Of a DNA stretch of 64,000 nucleotides, positions 28,867 through 40,906 are shown piece after piece. How positions within the stretch are numbered: the stretch's first letter is position 1; every line of letters starts with the position of its first letter. The notes below the pieces were generated by a model. The model searched no databases. It worked only from the letters and a program-made list of their open reading frames with translations, and was not told the DNA's origin. Both the position numbers and the translations under genes were made by a program. Source of the DNA: Tubiluchus corallicola (Eukaryota > Animalia > Priapulida); NCBI GenBank assembly GCA_030141605.1, contig JAQGDQ010000399.1, forward strand, positions 124,001 to 188,000, read 5' to 3'.

Positions 28867-29641
28867 TGTTACTTTGTTACAGCGTATTGTTACTTTGTTT
28901 CAGCGTATTGTTACTTTGTTACAGCGTATTGTTACTTTGTTTCAGTGTATTGTTACTTTGTTTCAGCATATTGTTACTTTGTTTCAGCGTATTGTTACTT
29001 TGTTTCAGCGTATTGTTACTTTGTTTCAGCGTATTGTTACTTTGTTACAGCGTATTGTTACTTTGTTTCAGCGTATTGCTACTTTGTTACAGCATATTGT
29101 TACTTTGTTACAGCGTATTGTTACTTTGTTACAGCATATTGTTACTTTGTTACAGCGTATTGCTACTTTGTTTCAGCGTATTGTTACTTTGTTACAGCGT
29201 ATTGCTACTTTGTTACAGCGTATTGTTACTTTGTTTCAGCGTATTGTTACTTTGTTACAGCGTATTGTTACTTTGTTACAGCGTATTGTTACTTTGTTAC
29301 AGCGTATTGTTACTTTGTTTCAGCATATTGTTACTTTGTTACAGCGTATTGTTACTTTGTTTCAGTGTATTGTTACTTTGTTTCAGCATATTGTTACTTT
29401 GTTACAGCGTATTGTTACTTTGTTTCAGCATATTGTTACTTTGTTTCAGCGTATTGTTACTTTGTTTCAGCGTATTGTTACTTTGTTACAGCGTATTGTT
29501 ACTTTGTTACAGCGTATTGTTACTTTGTTACAGCGTATTGTTACTTTGTTACAGCGTATTGTTACTTTGTTTCAGCGTATTGTTACTTTGTTTCAGCGTA
29601 TTGTTACTTTGTTACAGCGTATTGTTACTTTGTTTCAGCGT
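28867..29641 (+). repeat. 21-bp minisatellite made of 37 copies of the NTAQ1 last-exon splice acceptor
   Basis: Unit ATTGTTACTTTGTT(T/A)CAG|CGT; the last unit is the acceptor of exon 29639. Confidence 0.93.
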
Positions 29642-29748
29642 GCACTAATAATCTTCAGCAGTTCATCAGTATGGATGGAACAGCTGGAGTTGGCGAAGTT
29701 TTGACACTTCCAGAGTTTCTGAGGAAATTTTCTGGTGCAAAAAGCTGA
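29639..29748 (+). CDS. NTAQ1: NTAQ1 terminal coding exon
   Basis: tttcag|CG TGC...TGA; ACTNNLQQFISMDGTAGVGEVLTLPEFLRKFSGAKS* matches the WDYHV1 C-terminus MNLNDFISMD...GWGAVYTLSEF. Confidence 0.92.
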
Positions 29749-29859
29749 TGTCTTGGGAACATTTGATTATTGCGGTCTGAACGTTTTGTACTTGTTCGAG
29801 AACTTATTGATCTGTACCTCGTCTGCATTATTTTCATGTAGATTTATTTGTGACCGTGG

Positions 29860-30580
29860 CAGAGATGGGCGGATATCGCTTTCTCGTTTATCCACAACCA
29901 TGAAATCCGCAACTGTACATATCCGCATCCGCAAAATCCGCGGATTGAGTGAAATTTGAATATCCACGTATCCGCAGAAATGTAGGCAAGAAATTGACTA
30001 GGTTTGCTATTGGTGCTCTATTGTTAAAAACCGTTTCTTTGTAGCTGAAGCTAGGAGTTATAACCTCAAATCAATAATGACTTACTAGCGAGACCCCAAT
30101 TTTGCTTGTAAACCTTCAACGACAACTCACACAGCACGATGTACGTAGTACATCACTCGACCAAATCGTGCCAATCACATCACACCACAAATCATAATAG
30201 GCTCGAGTAAAAAACTATAATATTTGTAATTATAAGTAATGTTTTGCGTCTAGGAATTTCCAGGTAAATTAGTGAAAAGTAGCAAAAAAGCAAGGGATCT
30301 TGAGAACATCTTACAATAAACTAGTGATGAAAGGCATTTAATGTGGCAACAAGCCTTTTATTGTACAAGGAAATGCTTGACGAACTGACATTGTGTAAAC
30401 TTTTTGTGCAACACTTGAAAATTTAGAAACGTGACTTTTGCTTGCTGCAGTTTCGCGTGAAATCTACAATTTTAGGCATTAAAAATCCGCAGCCCCAATA
30501 ATTCACTATATACAATCCACAAAATTATTGCGGATTCCGCAACCGCATGACCGCAAATCCACTATATCCACCCATCTCTG
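29860..30580. mobile_element. hAT-like MITE
   Basis: TIR CAGAGATGGGCGGATAT / ATATCCACCCATCTCTG; 8-bp TSD GACCGTGG/GATTGTGG (2 transitions); ATCCGC subterminal repeats. Confidence 0.8.
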
Positions 30581-30744
30581 GATTGTGGTCTATCATCACT
30601 TGCAATGTGTGTGTGTCCATGTGCTAAATGTAAGGAAATCTTCATTTTTGGCTTTTATTCAAAAATTTTAAAGCAATTGTAATTCTAAAGTTTGTTTTTT
30701 CCAACAGTACAGTTACAAATAATTTTTTGTTGTAAAAATAGATA

Positions 30745-31580
30745 CAGTCATACCTCGGTTGTCAAACGTCTCCGTACTCGTACAAATCGGTTTTGTTTCC
30801 TTTATAACTCTGAGCTCTGGACATTAAAAGCAAATCATAAAGCTGAAATCGATGCATTTCAAAGGCGAAATTACAGAAACATTTTGGGTATCAGATGGCC
30901 AAAGAAAATTTCAAACAAAGATCTGTATGAAAAAATAAAAGAAGAACCTTGGACAAGAAAAATAAAAAGATGCAGTTTAAGATGGATTGGGCATATGCTT
31001 AGACTACCTGATGATATTCCAGTGAAGATAGCTCTTCAACAAGCCATAGAACCAGCTAAAAAACTTGCAGGAGGACAAATGTTAACATACTTAGATTTTG
31101 CACAGAAAGATTTAAACACATCAGCATTGATCCTTAGAAATAAATCTGCTTGGGGCATTGCAGCGTGTAGGGAGTCCTGGCATAGGGAGGTGAGCAGAAT
31201 CATGTCACTGGACGTGTGATTCATTGGATGATGATGATGATGACCGCGCCCGAGAGTAGTTACACACGTGTTTCTACTCTTGTTTACATATACACTGCTA
31301 CCAGCACGTAAAGTTTTTTCATGCAGGAATAATTATGTTTTTCTTTCTAAGGAATTCTATTATGTTTTTCTTATCAGTAATATCACATCTACTTTTTGAA
31401 TAAGCATTTTTGCATTATTATATTTCGTTTTAGTAATACTTTACAGTTCATAACGTGCTTGAGAACGGATTATTTGGTTTTAAGTCATTTCTCATGGGAA
31501 TAAATGATTCGGTACTCAACCAAATCGGTTTTCAAACACTTTTTAGGAACGAATTATGGTCGAAAACCGAGGTATGACTG
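30745..31580. mobile_element. Tc1/mariner (pogo/Tigger-like) MITE with a nested RTE fragment
   Basis: TA|CAGTCATACCTCGGTT ... AACCGAGGTATGACTG|TA. Confidence 0.85.
30796..31243 (+). mobile_element. RTE-clade LINE 3' fragment with (GAT)n tail
   Basis: FLYNSELWTL...DAFQRRNYRNILGIRWPKKISNKDLY...LRWIGHMLRLPD, typical of the RTE post-RT region; (GAT)n at ~31228-31242. Confidence 0.85.
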
Positions 31581-32376
31581 TACAAGGGAGGTTTCCAGGA
31601 AATTCTAATAGAAATCCATGCTGTTGTTTTTGCTGAACTAACCAAACTGTCAGTATTGAAATGTTTCAAGAATGTCTTCTGCATTTTACACACATTAAAC
31701 CATTCGTTTTAATGTACAGGCGTCCAGATACCAGAGTTTTTAATTTTTTTATAGTCAAAAATTGCATTTTGCACAAGGTATTCAAAAGATTTGTGATGCT
31801 GTTCTCTGCTTAAAATTTGAAAAGCACAAGGTATTTAAAAGATTGGTGATGCTGTTCTCTGCTTAAAATTTGAAAAACTATATCAAAACACGAGTTTCTT
31901 GTAAATAACAATAATATATTTTCTTTAACAAATCTGCATAGCACTTCCTGCATCTGTCAAAGTCATAATGCCTTCGCATCACAACAAGCTTCCAACAACA
32001 CGAATACACATGAAGGCTGAATCAGTCTATATGCTAAAATCAGCATTCAGTTTACAAACTAAAAATTGTCGCTAAACATATTCATGCTCTAATTACCAGT
32101 CTAATAAAAACGGTGTTTCCCCTTTCAATTCGCCAAGCGATACTCGGTGACCAGACATATGATCTCTGGCTACCAGATCTGTTGCGTAATGCATAGGAGT
32201 CATACTCCACAGCGCCGTGTATGTACATAAAATAGTAAAAAAGCTGCTCAAAATGTGAAAGTACAATATTACACAATAAAAAATTTGATGTAAAACTATG
32301 TACAAATGTTACAAACGAAGCAATGCATACTTTTAGTGTACAAGCGGAACTGTTAGAATGTCCAAATATTATTAAA

Positions 32377-32833
32377 CAGGGTTCCCACCATCAGAGAATA
32401 TCCTAGAAAAACAGGCTATCCTGGAAAGTCATGGAAAAAGATAGTTTGGTAAAAAGTCAGGGATAATGATGAAAATGGGGCGAAGAGTCAGGGAAATTGG
32501 AAAGGGTTGCAAAAATAATCACCGTGAACCGATATTTTTCCAAACATATTTTTCAGGGATTCGTGTTCCAATAGAATTTTGCTATGGCAGGCTCCCAATT
32601 TCGACTTCTGTTCCAAAAGTAGTGATTGGATTAAGATAGTTTATTCAATGTGATTAGTGTAATTTCGTTAGCGCTACTGCAACTTGTCATGACACATTAT
32701 ATATCAGTATATGTATGAATGTCCGTACACAAAAATGTTTGAATGTGTATACTGGTAATGAAATTTCTGGAAAATCAATATTTGGTCAGGGAAAAGTCAG
32801 GAAAATTTATTTTAAAATTCTGTGGGAACCCTG
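32377..32833. mobile_element. MITE, hAT-like TIR
   Basis: CAGGGTTCCCAC ... GTGGGAACCCTG; TCAGGGAA subterminal repeats; TSD not evident. Confidence 0.7.
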
Positions 32834-33510
32834 ATTTTAGCAAAATTGAGTAGTACACTTAAATAAAAATGAATGATTTGTTTCATAAATAAATTTTCAA
32901 TTATTTGCTTACAGACAATAACAGTACAGCCTTCTTGAACTCGAAATGGATAGTCTATATATAAACTGATCAAAATTCATTATGCAAAATATGCAATTAC
33001 TTGTATATTTAAAGGATTACATACAAAATCAGTAAATTTCAATGAGCAATCCTTCAAAAACACACGAGTACGTTAAAAACAAAAGAAAAATATACATATC
33101 GAAAGACAATTGACTTACATAGTCATTAATATCTAAAAGATGCATCAATAAGAGACATTGTCTAAATCTCACGCGTGTAAATAGTTGTGCACATAAAACT
33201 GTACCATCTGTACAAGTATAAGATGAACATTAGATTTATGAAAAAATACGTCTATGTACAATTCAGCATGCTCATCTATGCATATAGTGCACTGTATCAC
33301 AATACGCTATCATAATTATTCACTCTGTTGATCTGAAGCTTAGGCTTAAAAGCAAAATAAAAGTTGTGCATATAATATGAAATGATCATGTAAAAAGACA
33401 GGTGGACAAATAAAATTCATAGAATCTCTTCATCAAAAATGATTTTAAATTTAGTAAACGTGTGCAGATTTGTGCAAACTTTACAAACGAATTGTTAGTA
33501 TAAAATTAAA

Positions 33511-34150
33511 TGTGTGCTTGCATAGCAAAATCGTCCATAAGACGGCAATTAAGTTTTTCTAGTTATTCACATATCCTGAATCTCCATTTCATGAGGATCA
33601 TTTTGATACCAAGTTCATCTCTCTATGTTATTTCTAAGGTGAGATAATCCACGTTGAAGTTGACGCTATGCAGTTGAAAACAATTTTGAGAAAATCGTTG
33701 TTAAGTCAGCCATTGTTTTTTGTCGCGTCTCGAAATACGAAAGTGCGGTTGTTACAGACTTTACAAGAACACATTAAAGTTATGTTTAAGTCCAGTAGAT
33801 GGCTCTTCCTGACGAAGATTTGGGCTTGACAGAAAAAACCCAAAGCAAAATGACTGCTTCCAAGAGAGCTACTATTGGAGTTTGAAAATACAAGTTTTTT
33901 ACATTTGCAGTACTAGTTTCTATGCAGGAAAGTGGGTACGGGGTTATATAATAAGATTTTTAGTATTTTTTGGACATTTTCTTGATAATATGATGCTAGA
34001 ATATAAAAGTCCAATATATTTAGCGTCTGTTTTTATAAAAAACAAAAAATTAACATTAGACCAAAATTTTGGTGCATTCTACTTTGAAGCATCATAACGT
34101 AATTTTAACTGTGCCGACTCGTGAACGGTTTTGGTTTGCAAGCAGCACAT
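33511..34150. mobile_element. Non-autonomous TIR element (other copies 51876-52285 and 56223-56848, inverted)
   Basis: TIR-like TGTGCTTGCA.A.CAAAATCGTCCATAAG.CGGCA at both ends; interior aligns to the other copies. Confidence 0.75.
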
Positions 34151-34653
34151 ACTAAGGGGTTATTAGTAATGTATAGTATGTATATCAAGTTTATGAATAA
34201 ATGATTGAATTGAAAAATTCTAATACCATTCAGTACCAGTTGTATAACACTATAGCACTATTTCATACACGACTAAGTAATATTGTATTTCCCGTATGTA
34301 CGAAAGTTCTGGTACGAAGTAATCCAGACTGCAAAAAAGCAGCAATTCCATGCAAGGGATAAATAAAAAAATTTGCACAACTGATCAAAAAATTAGATGT
34401 AAGTATAAAGCCATATCAAAAATTTTGTCTGGCTTGTCAAATTTTGCATTGCTTACAAAATCCAACAACAGTAACAGTAAAATCTAGCTTCATCGTTTCA
34501 AATGCATGCCAGTGCTCTTTCAGGATTGAAAACAAATAGGAGCCCATATTGAGCAAATCTGTGATGTACTGGTATCTCAATGCACTTTTACAATCAATTA
34601 CATTTTGATATTTTAACTCGAATTTTGGAGGCAGCTAAGAACTTTTTTGTTAA

Positions 34654-35192
34654 AGGAAGACCGGATGATTGTTTAGTCTCAATCTCATTTTAATTTACTG
34701 TCCAAAATAAACATTTTCTTGCTTATAAAAGTTAACATTGTTCCTTATATTTGAATAATTAGCTTAGAAAGTTAATTAACGGCAACCGAACACAACTGCT
34801 GCTTACGTCAGAAACTAAACACAGTTTGCGCAATGGCAGGTGTCTTCCCTTGCGCATCAAACACATTTGCATAAGTACTGCTTAAATGCGTGATGTCACG
34901 AATAATGGGGTCTACGTCATATGACGTCACAAACTAACACTGCAGTTCGTGATCATGCTTATCAAGGTACCGCCTTGTATTTGTCTGCCAAGCGAATATG
35001 GCAAAAAGGCGCCGTTGCCAGTCTTAGTAGATTCACTGACCCGCGCGTAGCTTTGAAAGTTTAACAAAATTTAACTATCCGAGATAATTATTATTTAATC
35101 TAAGCTTTGATATAAAAAAGCTATTGTAGTTTTCAATATTTTAGAGCATTCTTTATTCTGAACTCATGTTTTCACAATCATCCGGTTTTTCT
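34654..35192. mobile_element. Kolobok-like MITE, family A (truncated copy 47109-47501)
   Basis: TTAA|AGGAAGACCGGATGATTG ... CAATCATCCGGTTTTTCT|TTAA; TTAA TSD and purine-purine termini. Confidence 0.8.
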
Positions 35193-35494
35193 TTAACCTC
35201 AAAATTTTCTGCATAAGATGTACAGCAACTTAATATTTTTTATCAGCACAATGATAAATTAAAACTGCTACCATAATTATATTAAATTACTAACTCACTA
35301 TCTGTTTTCAACAAACTAATAATAATAATAATAATAATAACATTATTTCGTTTTTCTTTTGGGCATCAGTTGAAACTTCCTGCAATGTACCAAACACAAT
35401 CTAACAGATATCGATCATGCTAGTTTATTCTTACTTCTGCCTCTCATTTAAAAAACTTGGAAGTAAGCATAGCGGTTTCAAACAAAAGAACCTG

Positions 35495-35559
35495 TTAACA
35501 TTTCTGATCTGAACCACCTTCTGTCGAGATTCTTTTGGCTCCATCTGTTGACAGATTAC
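35495..35559 (-). CDS. MEGF10: Draper/CED-1/MEGF10-11-like receptor, putative terminal coding exon
   Basis: gtttag|GT AAT...TGT TAA; GNLSTDGAKRISTEGGSDQKC*; phase 1 matches the preceding exon; no homology support for the peptide. Confidence 0.55.
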
Positions 35560-35659
35560 CTAAACGAATGCAAAAAAACGTGGTACATGTGGTTAAGACA
35601 AACTTAGTTAAACTGTAGGTATCGAGTTAAACCTGAACAATTATAAACCTTTTTTCCAA

Positions 35660-35965
35660 GGCTGATTAACTGAGCTGGTCAGATCAAGCAATTGTCTAAT
35701 GACTGCAAGCTCAAAATTCAAGCTTAATTTTCTGACTCGGCGTCATCTTTAGGTAAGGCACATTTGCTCATGCAATGCCTAGGTGGCTCTTTGACGAAAA
35801 GGAGAAATGAGTCGACTACAGTACGATAAAGTTACATACATGTTAAGCAGCTGCATCTGGCTGCCGGGCTTGTAATCCCCCAGGAAATGAGAACTGAATG
35901 GGAACGAACAGCCTGCAAAGTTGTGCAAACACACGGGTAGCGCAGACCTATAAATCTTTTTTTAC
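35660..35965 (+). mobile_element. Degraded tRNA-type SINE with a conserved central domain (Meta/Deu-like)
   Basis: GGCTGCCGGGCTTGTAATCCCCAGGAAATGAG...GAACGAACAG resembles central domains of invertebrate SINEs as I recall them; ends CTATAAAT. Confidence 0.35.
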
Positions 35966-36018
35966 ATGCATACTGAACTTGACTCGACTCGTATGCACAT
36001 GCACTCCTTCACCGAAGC

Positions 36019-36435
36019 AAATACCCAAAGGCAGCAAGATAGAAGAAACCACTCAGAACAACTACTGAATGTGATGGCTACCATCCATTTACTGGCCAGG
36101 CTCACTGCTGCTTAATTTTGGTTGCTAGAAATACCCAAAGGCAGCAAGATAGAAGAAACCACTCAGAACAACTACTGAATGTGATGGCTACCATCCATTT
36201 ACTGGCTAGGCTCACTGCTGCTTAATTTTGGTTGCTAGAAATACCCAAAGGCAGCAAGATAGAAGAAACCACTCAGAACAACTACTGAATGTGATGGCTA
36301 CCATCCATTTACTGGCGGTTGTGTTTTTTGGTTCAAGATAGAAGAAACCACTCAGAACAACTACTGAATGTGATGGCTACCATCCATTTACTGGCTAGGC
36401 TCACTGCTGCTTAATTTTGGTTGCCAGAAATACCA
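36019..36435. repeat. 110-bp tandem repeat (~3.8 units) containing a degenerate antisense 5S internal segment
   Basis: CCATCCATTTACTGGCCAGGCTCACTGCTGCTTAATTTTGGT versus 5S reverse complement CCATCCAAGTACTAACCAGGCTCTGCGTTGCTTAACTTCGGT. Confidence 0.8.
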
Positions 36436-36554
36436 CATGACTGATTACTTCGACCTATCAAGGTAAGTACTAATTTTTGTTTTCACGTGTTCACATTGAA
36501 ATTTCACAGTAAACAAGAACAAAACCCATTGACATTATCAGCTGTAGCACTTAC

Positions 36555-36839
36555 CTAATGAAAATGAATAATCACAATCGGAAGCTGCGGCTCCTCCTCC
36601 TCCGACGGATCGATCGTACATTCCGTGCGACGTCTCCTGGAGATAGTCCGGTTCCGTGTAGATGGCGTCGACTTCGCAGAACGCTTCGGCCGGCTGCTTG
36701 CCAAACGACGACGAGTAGCCGGATTCCATCGATTCCATTCTGGGAGGTGGGAAAGGCGGGCGGGATTGGTAATGATCAGGACGAGACGGAATGTCAGGAA
36801 ATGCCACAGGAATCTCTTCATATTTCGGATGTTCTTGAC
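36555..36839 (-). CDS. MEGF10: Draper/MEGF10-like cytoplasmic exon (YEEI and other Tyr motifs, proline-rich)
   Basis: ctttag|GT...TTA G|gtaagt; QEHPKYEEIPVAFPDIPSRPDHYQSRPPFPPPR...IYTEPDY...CDYSFSL; GC-rich, phase 1-1. Confidence 0.85.
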   Translation of the reverse strand, partial: VKNIRNMKRFLWHFLTFRLVLIITNPARLSHLPEWNRWNPATRRRLASSRPKRSAKSTPSTRNRTISRRRRTECTIDPSEEEEPQLPIVIIHFH

Positions 36840-37203
36840 CTAAAGAAGTATTAAAGGAATTGGTGCATACGCAAATTTTACGTATTGTTTACCGAGTACA
36901 AAAATTAATTAGCACAATATTTAGTTCAGGGGTGTGCAAACTGAGGCCCTACTACGTTACATTACATTACATTATATTATAGTATTTTTTCTATTAAGGT
37001 GAGTGCGCAAATGACCAAAGAGTTGTACAACATTCTCACACAACTGTTTTATTTCAAATTTCACTGATGTGTTTGTTAATGCATTTTGTTTTGTGAAATA
37101 AATTTCACCGTTCATATTTAGCTAGCCTGTAATGGCATGCATCTCAGTTTAGTCTATGTTTACTAACGTCAACCAGTCATAAGTTATTCTACTTGTAACT
37201 TAC

Positions 37204-37371
37204 TTAGGCTACTAGTCTCGCTCTCACTAGGTAGCAAATCATTTGGTTCAGTTGGCACAACTACAGCCTGCTTCTTGAAATCCATGCTCTGATAGATGTT
37301 AGGATCAGCTCTTTGTAGAGATTCAAACTTTAAGTTACAACTTGCATTGTCGTCTTCTGAGTCGGATATAT
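37204..37371 (-). CDS. MEGF10: Draper/MEGF10-like cytoplasmic exon
   Basis: tttgcag|AT...CTA A|gtaagt (alternative in-frame donor at 37228); DISDSEDDNASCNLKFESLQRADPNIYQSMDFKK..., where PNIYQSMD resembles the Draper NP.NVYHSI region. Confidence 0.78.
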
Positions 37372-37459
37372 CTGCAAAAATGCGATTTTAAAAATACCAA
37401 AAAAACACGAAGTTACAGTGACAATAATAATGCAGAATTCTTACACCGGAGAAGCAGTT

Positions 37460-38250
37460 TACAGTTTTCACGTATTATGCCATACACAACATTCTTGAAC
37501 ATGCTCACACGCACATTGAACATGCTCACATGCATATTGAACATGCTCACACGCACATTGAACATGCTCACACGCATATTGAACATGCTCACATGCATAT
37601 TGAATGTTCTCACATGCATATTGAACATGCTCACACGCACATTGAACATGCTCACACGCATATTGAACATGCTCACATGCATATTGAACATGCTCACATG
37701 CATATTGAACATGCTCACACGCATATTGAACATGCTCACACGCATGTTGAACATGCTCACACGCATGTTGAACATGCTCACACGCATGTTGAACATGCTC
37801 ACACGCATGTTGAACATGCTCACACGCATATTGAACATGCTCACATGCATATTGAACATGCTCACACGCATATTGAACATGCTCACACGCATATTGAACA
37901 TGCTCACATGCACTTCGATGAATGATATGCTGGCGCTATTTAACTCTACACTGCAAACTATACAAGAGATTTACAACGGAAAATTAAAAACTGACCCTCG
38001 ACCACCGGAAACCTTTGATGGTCACGTGAATATTGGTAGTGGCGTAATTGCATACTGTCCACAAAATACAGAAGAATCACTCCTGTGTCTCTTCCATTTG
38101 TCACTAAACTTATGTCTTACCCTTGATAACTTTTCACTTGGGTACAGTCAAAACTCGTCATAACGCTCCCCCTCGCTTAACGCTCAAATTTGTACATAAG
38201 TAAAATATCTATATTTGCGTAGACATGAATATATGTAGGCGCCTCTTTGT
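37460..38250 (+). mobile_element. Dispersed element with an internal 21-bp array (~20 copies, 37496-37912); inverted copy of 13800-14750
   Basis: Flank and unit homology. Confidence 0.8.
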
Positions 38251-38509
38251 AATGCCAACATTTCTTACAGTCCATAAAGTAGGCAGCATAAAGAGGTTTG
38301 TCTGTAGGTTGTGTTAAGTTTACACACGAAAAATTATAAGAAATTCGTCAGAAGGCATGTTTTTAAATAGTGAATAGCATTATTTTACTTAATTAGATCT
38401 CCTAGGCCTAATAAGGAGACCTAATACAGGCCATTATTCCACAACAATGCCTAATTTCAAAGCCAACTAAAATGTACTACAAAAATTTCTCATTTCTGCC
38501 AATAGAGAA

Positions 38510-40605
38510 AGTCAATATGATGGCAGCACTGGTGATAGCACCACATACTGACTGATGATAGCAGTCAGTAAGATGGCAGCACTGGTGATAGCACCACATA
38601 TTGACTGATGATAGCAGTCAGTATGATGGCAGCACTGGTGATAGCACCACATACTGACTGATGATAGCAGTCAATATGATGGCAGCACTGGTGATAGCAC
38701 CACATACTGACTTATGATAGCAGTCAGTAAGATGGCAGCACTGGTGATAGCACCACATACTGACTGATGATAGCAGTCAGTATGATGGCTGCACTGGTGA
38801 TAGCACCACATACTGACTTATGATAGCAGTCATTAAGATGGCAGCACTGGTGATAGCACCACATACTGACTTATGATAGCAGTCATTAAGATGGCAGCAC
38901 TGGTAATAGCACCACATACTGACTGATGATAGCAGTCAATATGATGGCAGCACTGGTGATAGCACCACATACTGACTTATGATAGCAGTCAATATGATGG
39001 CAGCACTGGTGATAGCACCACATACTGACTGATGATAGCAGTCAATATGATGGCAGCACTGGTGATAGCACCACATACTGACTTATGATAGCAGTCATTA
39101 AGATGGCAGCACTGGTGATAGCACCACATACTGACTGATGATAGCAGTCAATATGATGGCAGCACTGGTGATAGCACCACATACTGACTTATGATAGCAG
39201 TCATTAAGATGGCAGCACTGGTGATAGCACCACATACTGACTGATGATAGCAGTCAATATGATGGCAGCACTGGTGATAGCACCACATACTGACTTATGA
39301 TAGCAGTCATTAAGATGGCAGCACTGGTGATAGCACCACATACTGACTGATGATAGCAGTCAGTATGATGGCAGCACTGGTGATAGCACCACATACTGAC
39401 TTATGATAGCAGTCATTATGATGGCAGCACTGGTGATAGCACCACATACTGACTTATGATAGCAGTCAATATGATGGCAGCACTGGTGATAGCACCACAT
39501 ACTGACTTATGATAGCAGTCATTAAGATGGCAGCACTGGTGATAGCACCACATACTGACTGATGATAGCAGTCAATATGATGGCAGCACTGGTGATAGCA
39601 CCACATACTGACTTATGATAGCAGTCAGTAAGATGGCAGCACTGGTGATAGCACCACATATTGACTGATGATAGCAGTCAGTATGATGGCAGCACTGGTG
39701 ATAGCACCACATACTGACTTATGATAGCAGTCATTAAGATGGCAGCACTGGTGATAGCACCACATACTGACTGATGATAGCAGTCAATATGATGGCAGCA
39801 CTGGTGATAGCACCACATACTGACTTATGATAGCAGTCATTAAGATGGCAGCACTGGTGATAGCACCACATACTGACTTATGATAGCAGTCATTAAGATG
39901 GCAGCACTGGTGATAGCACCACATACTGACTTATGATAGCAGTCATTAAGATGGCAGCACTGGTGATAGCACCACATACTGACTGATGATAGCAGTCAAT
40001 ATGATGGCAGCACTGGTGATAGCACCACATACTGACTTATGATAGCAGTCATTAAGATGGCAGCACTGGTGATAGCACCACATACTGACTGATGATAGCA
40101 GTCAGTATGATGGCAGCACTGGTGATAGCACCACATACTGACTTATGATAGCAGTCAATATGATGGCAGCACTGGTGATAGCACCACATACTGACTTATG
40201 ATAGCAGTCAATATGATGGCAGCACTGGTGATAGCACCACATACTGACTTATGATAGCAGTCAGTAAGATGGCAGCACTGGTGATAGCACCACATATGTT
40301 GTGGTTTGTGGGTGGTGTGTTGTTGTGGTATATGATGGCAGCACTGGTGATAGCACCACATACTGACTTATGATAGCAGTCAATATGATGGCAGCACTGG
40401 TGATAGCACCACATACTGACTTATGATAGCAGTCATTAAGATGGCAGCACTGGTGATAGCACCACATACTAACTTATGATAGCAGTCAGTAAGATGGCAG
40501 CACTGGTGATAGCACCACATACTGACTGATGATAGCAGTCATTAAGATGGCAGCACTGGTGATAGCACCACATACTGACTTATGATAGCAGTCAGTATGA
40601 TGGTG
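38510..40605. repeat. 53-bp tandem array, ~39 copies, with a GT-rich interruption at ~40297-40330
   Basis: Unit ATGGCAGCACTGGTGATAGCACCACATACTGACT(G/T)ATGATAGCAGTCA(G/A/T)TA(A/T)G. Confidence 0.95.
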
Positions 40606-40842
40606 CTGGGGTGAAAATGCCACTGACTTGTAATTAACATTATAATGAAAGTAAATAAAGCATAAAAAGTCAAACGACATCTGCTTATAGTAGACAGATA
40701 ATCATTTGAACACAGAAGAGGACAGACAGCGGAGGCTTCATGGCAAAATGATACAACAAACACGTTTGGGGTCCCCATGTTTTTGCACCTATTTCAAGTG
40801 ACCAAGGGTTAAGTACTGCTGAACTTAATCACAAACGATTAC

Positions 40843-40906
40843 CTTTCGCTTTGCAAGTGTTCAATTTCTTCTGTTCATCAGTACCACAAGCTCCATACAA
40901 TTTTGC
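40843..40906 (-). CDS. MEGF10: Draper/MEGF10-like cytoplasmic exon
   Basis: ttctag|GCA...AAA G|gtaatc; AKLYGACGTDEQKKLNTCKAK; phase 0 to 1 bridges the neighbours. Confidence 0.75.

Noticed and set aside
38510-40605. Hammerhead/retrozyme array (CTGATGA in many units)
   Set aside because: No GAAA core or stem III; the CTGATGA is variable (CTTATGA) and lies within a simple hairpin
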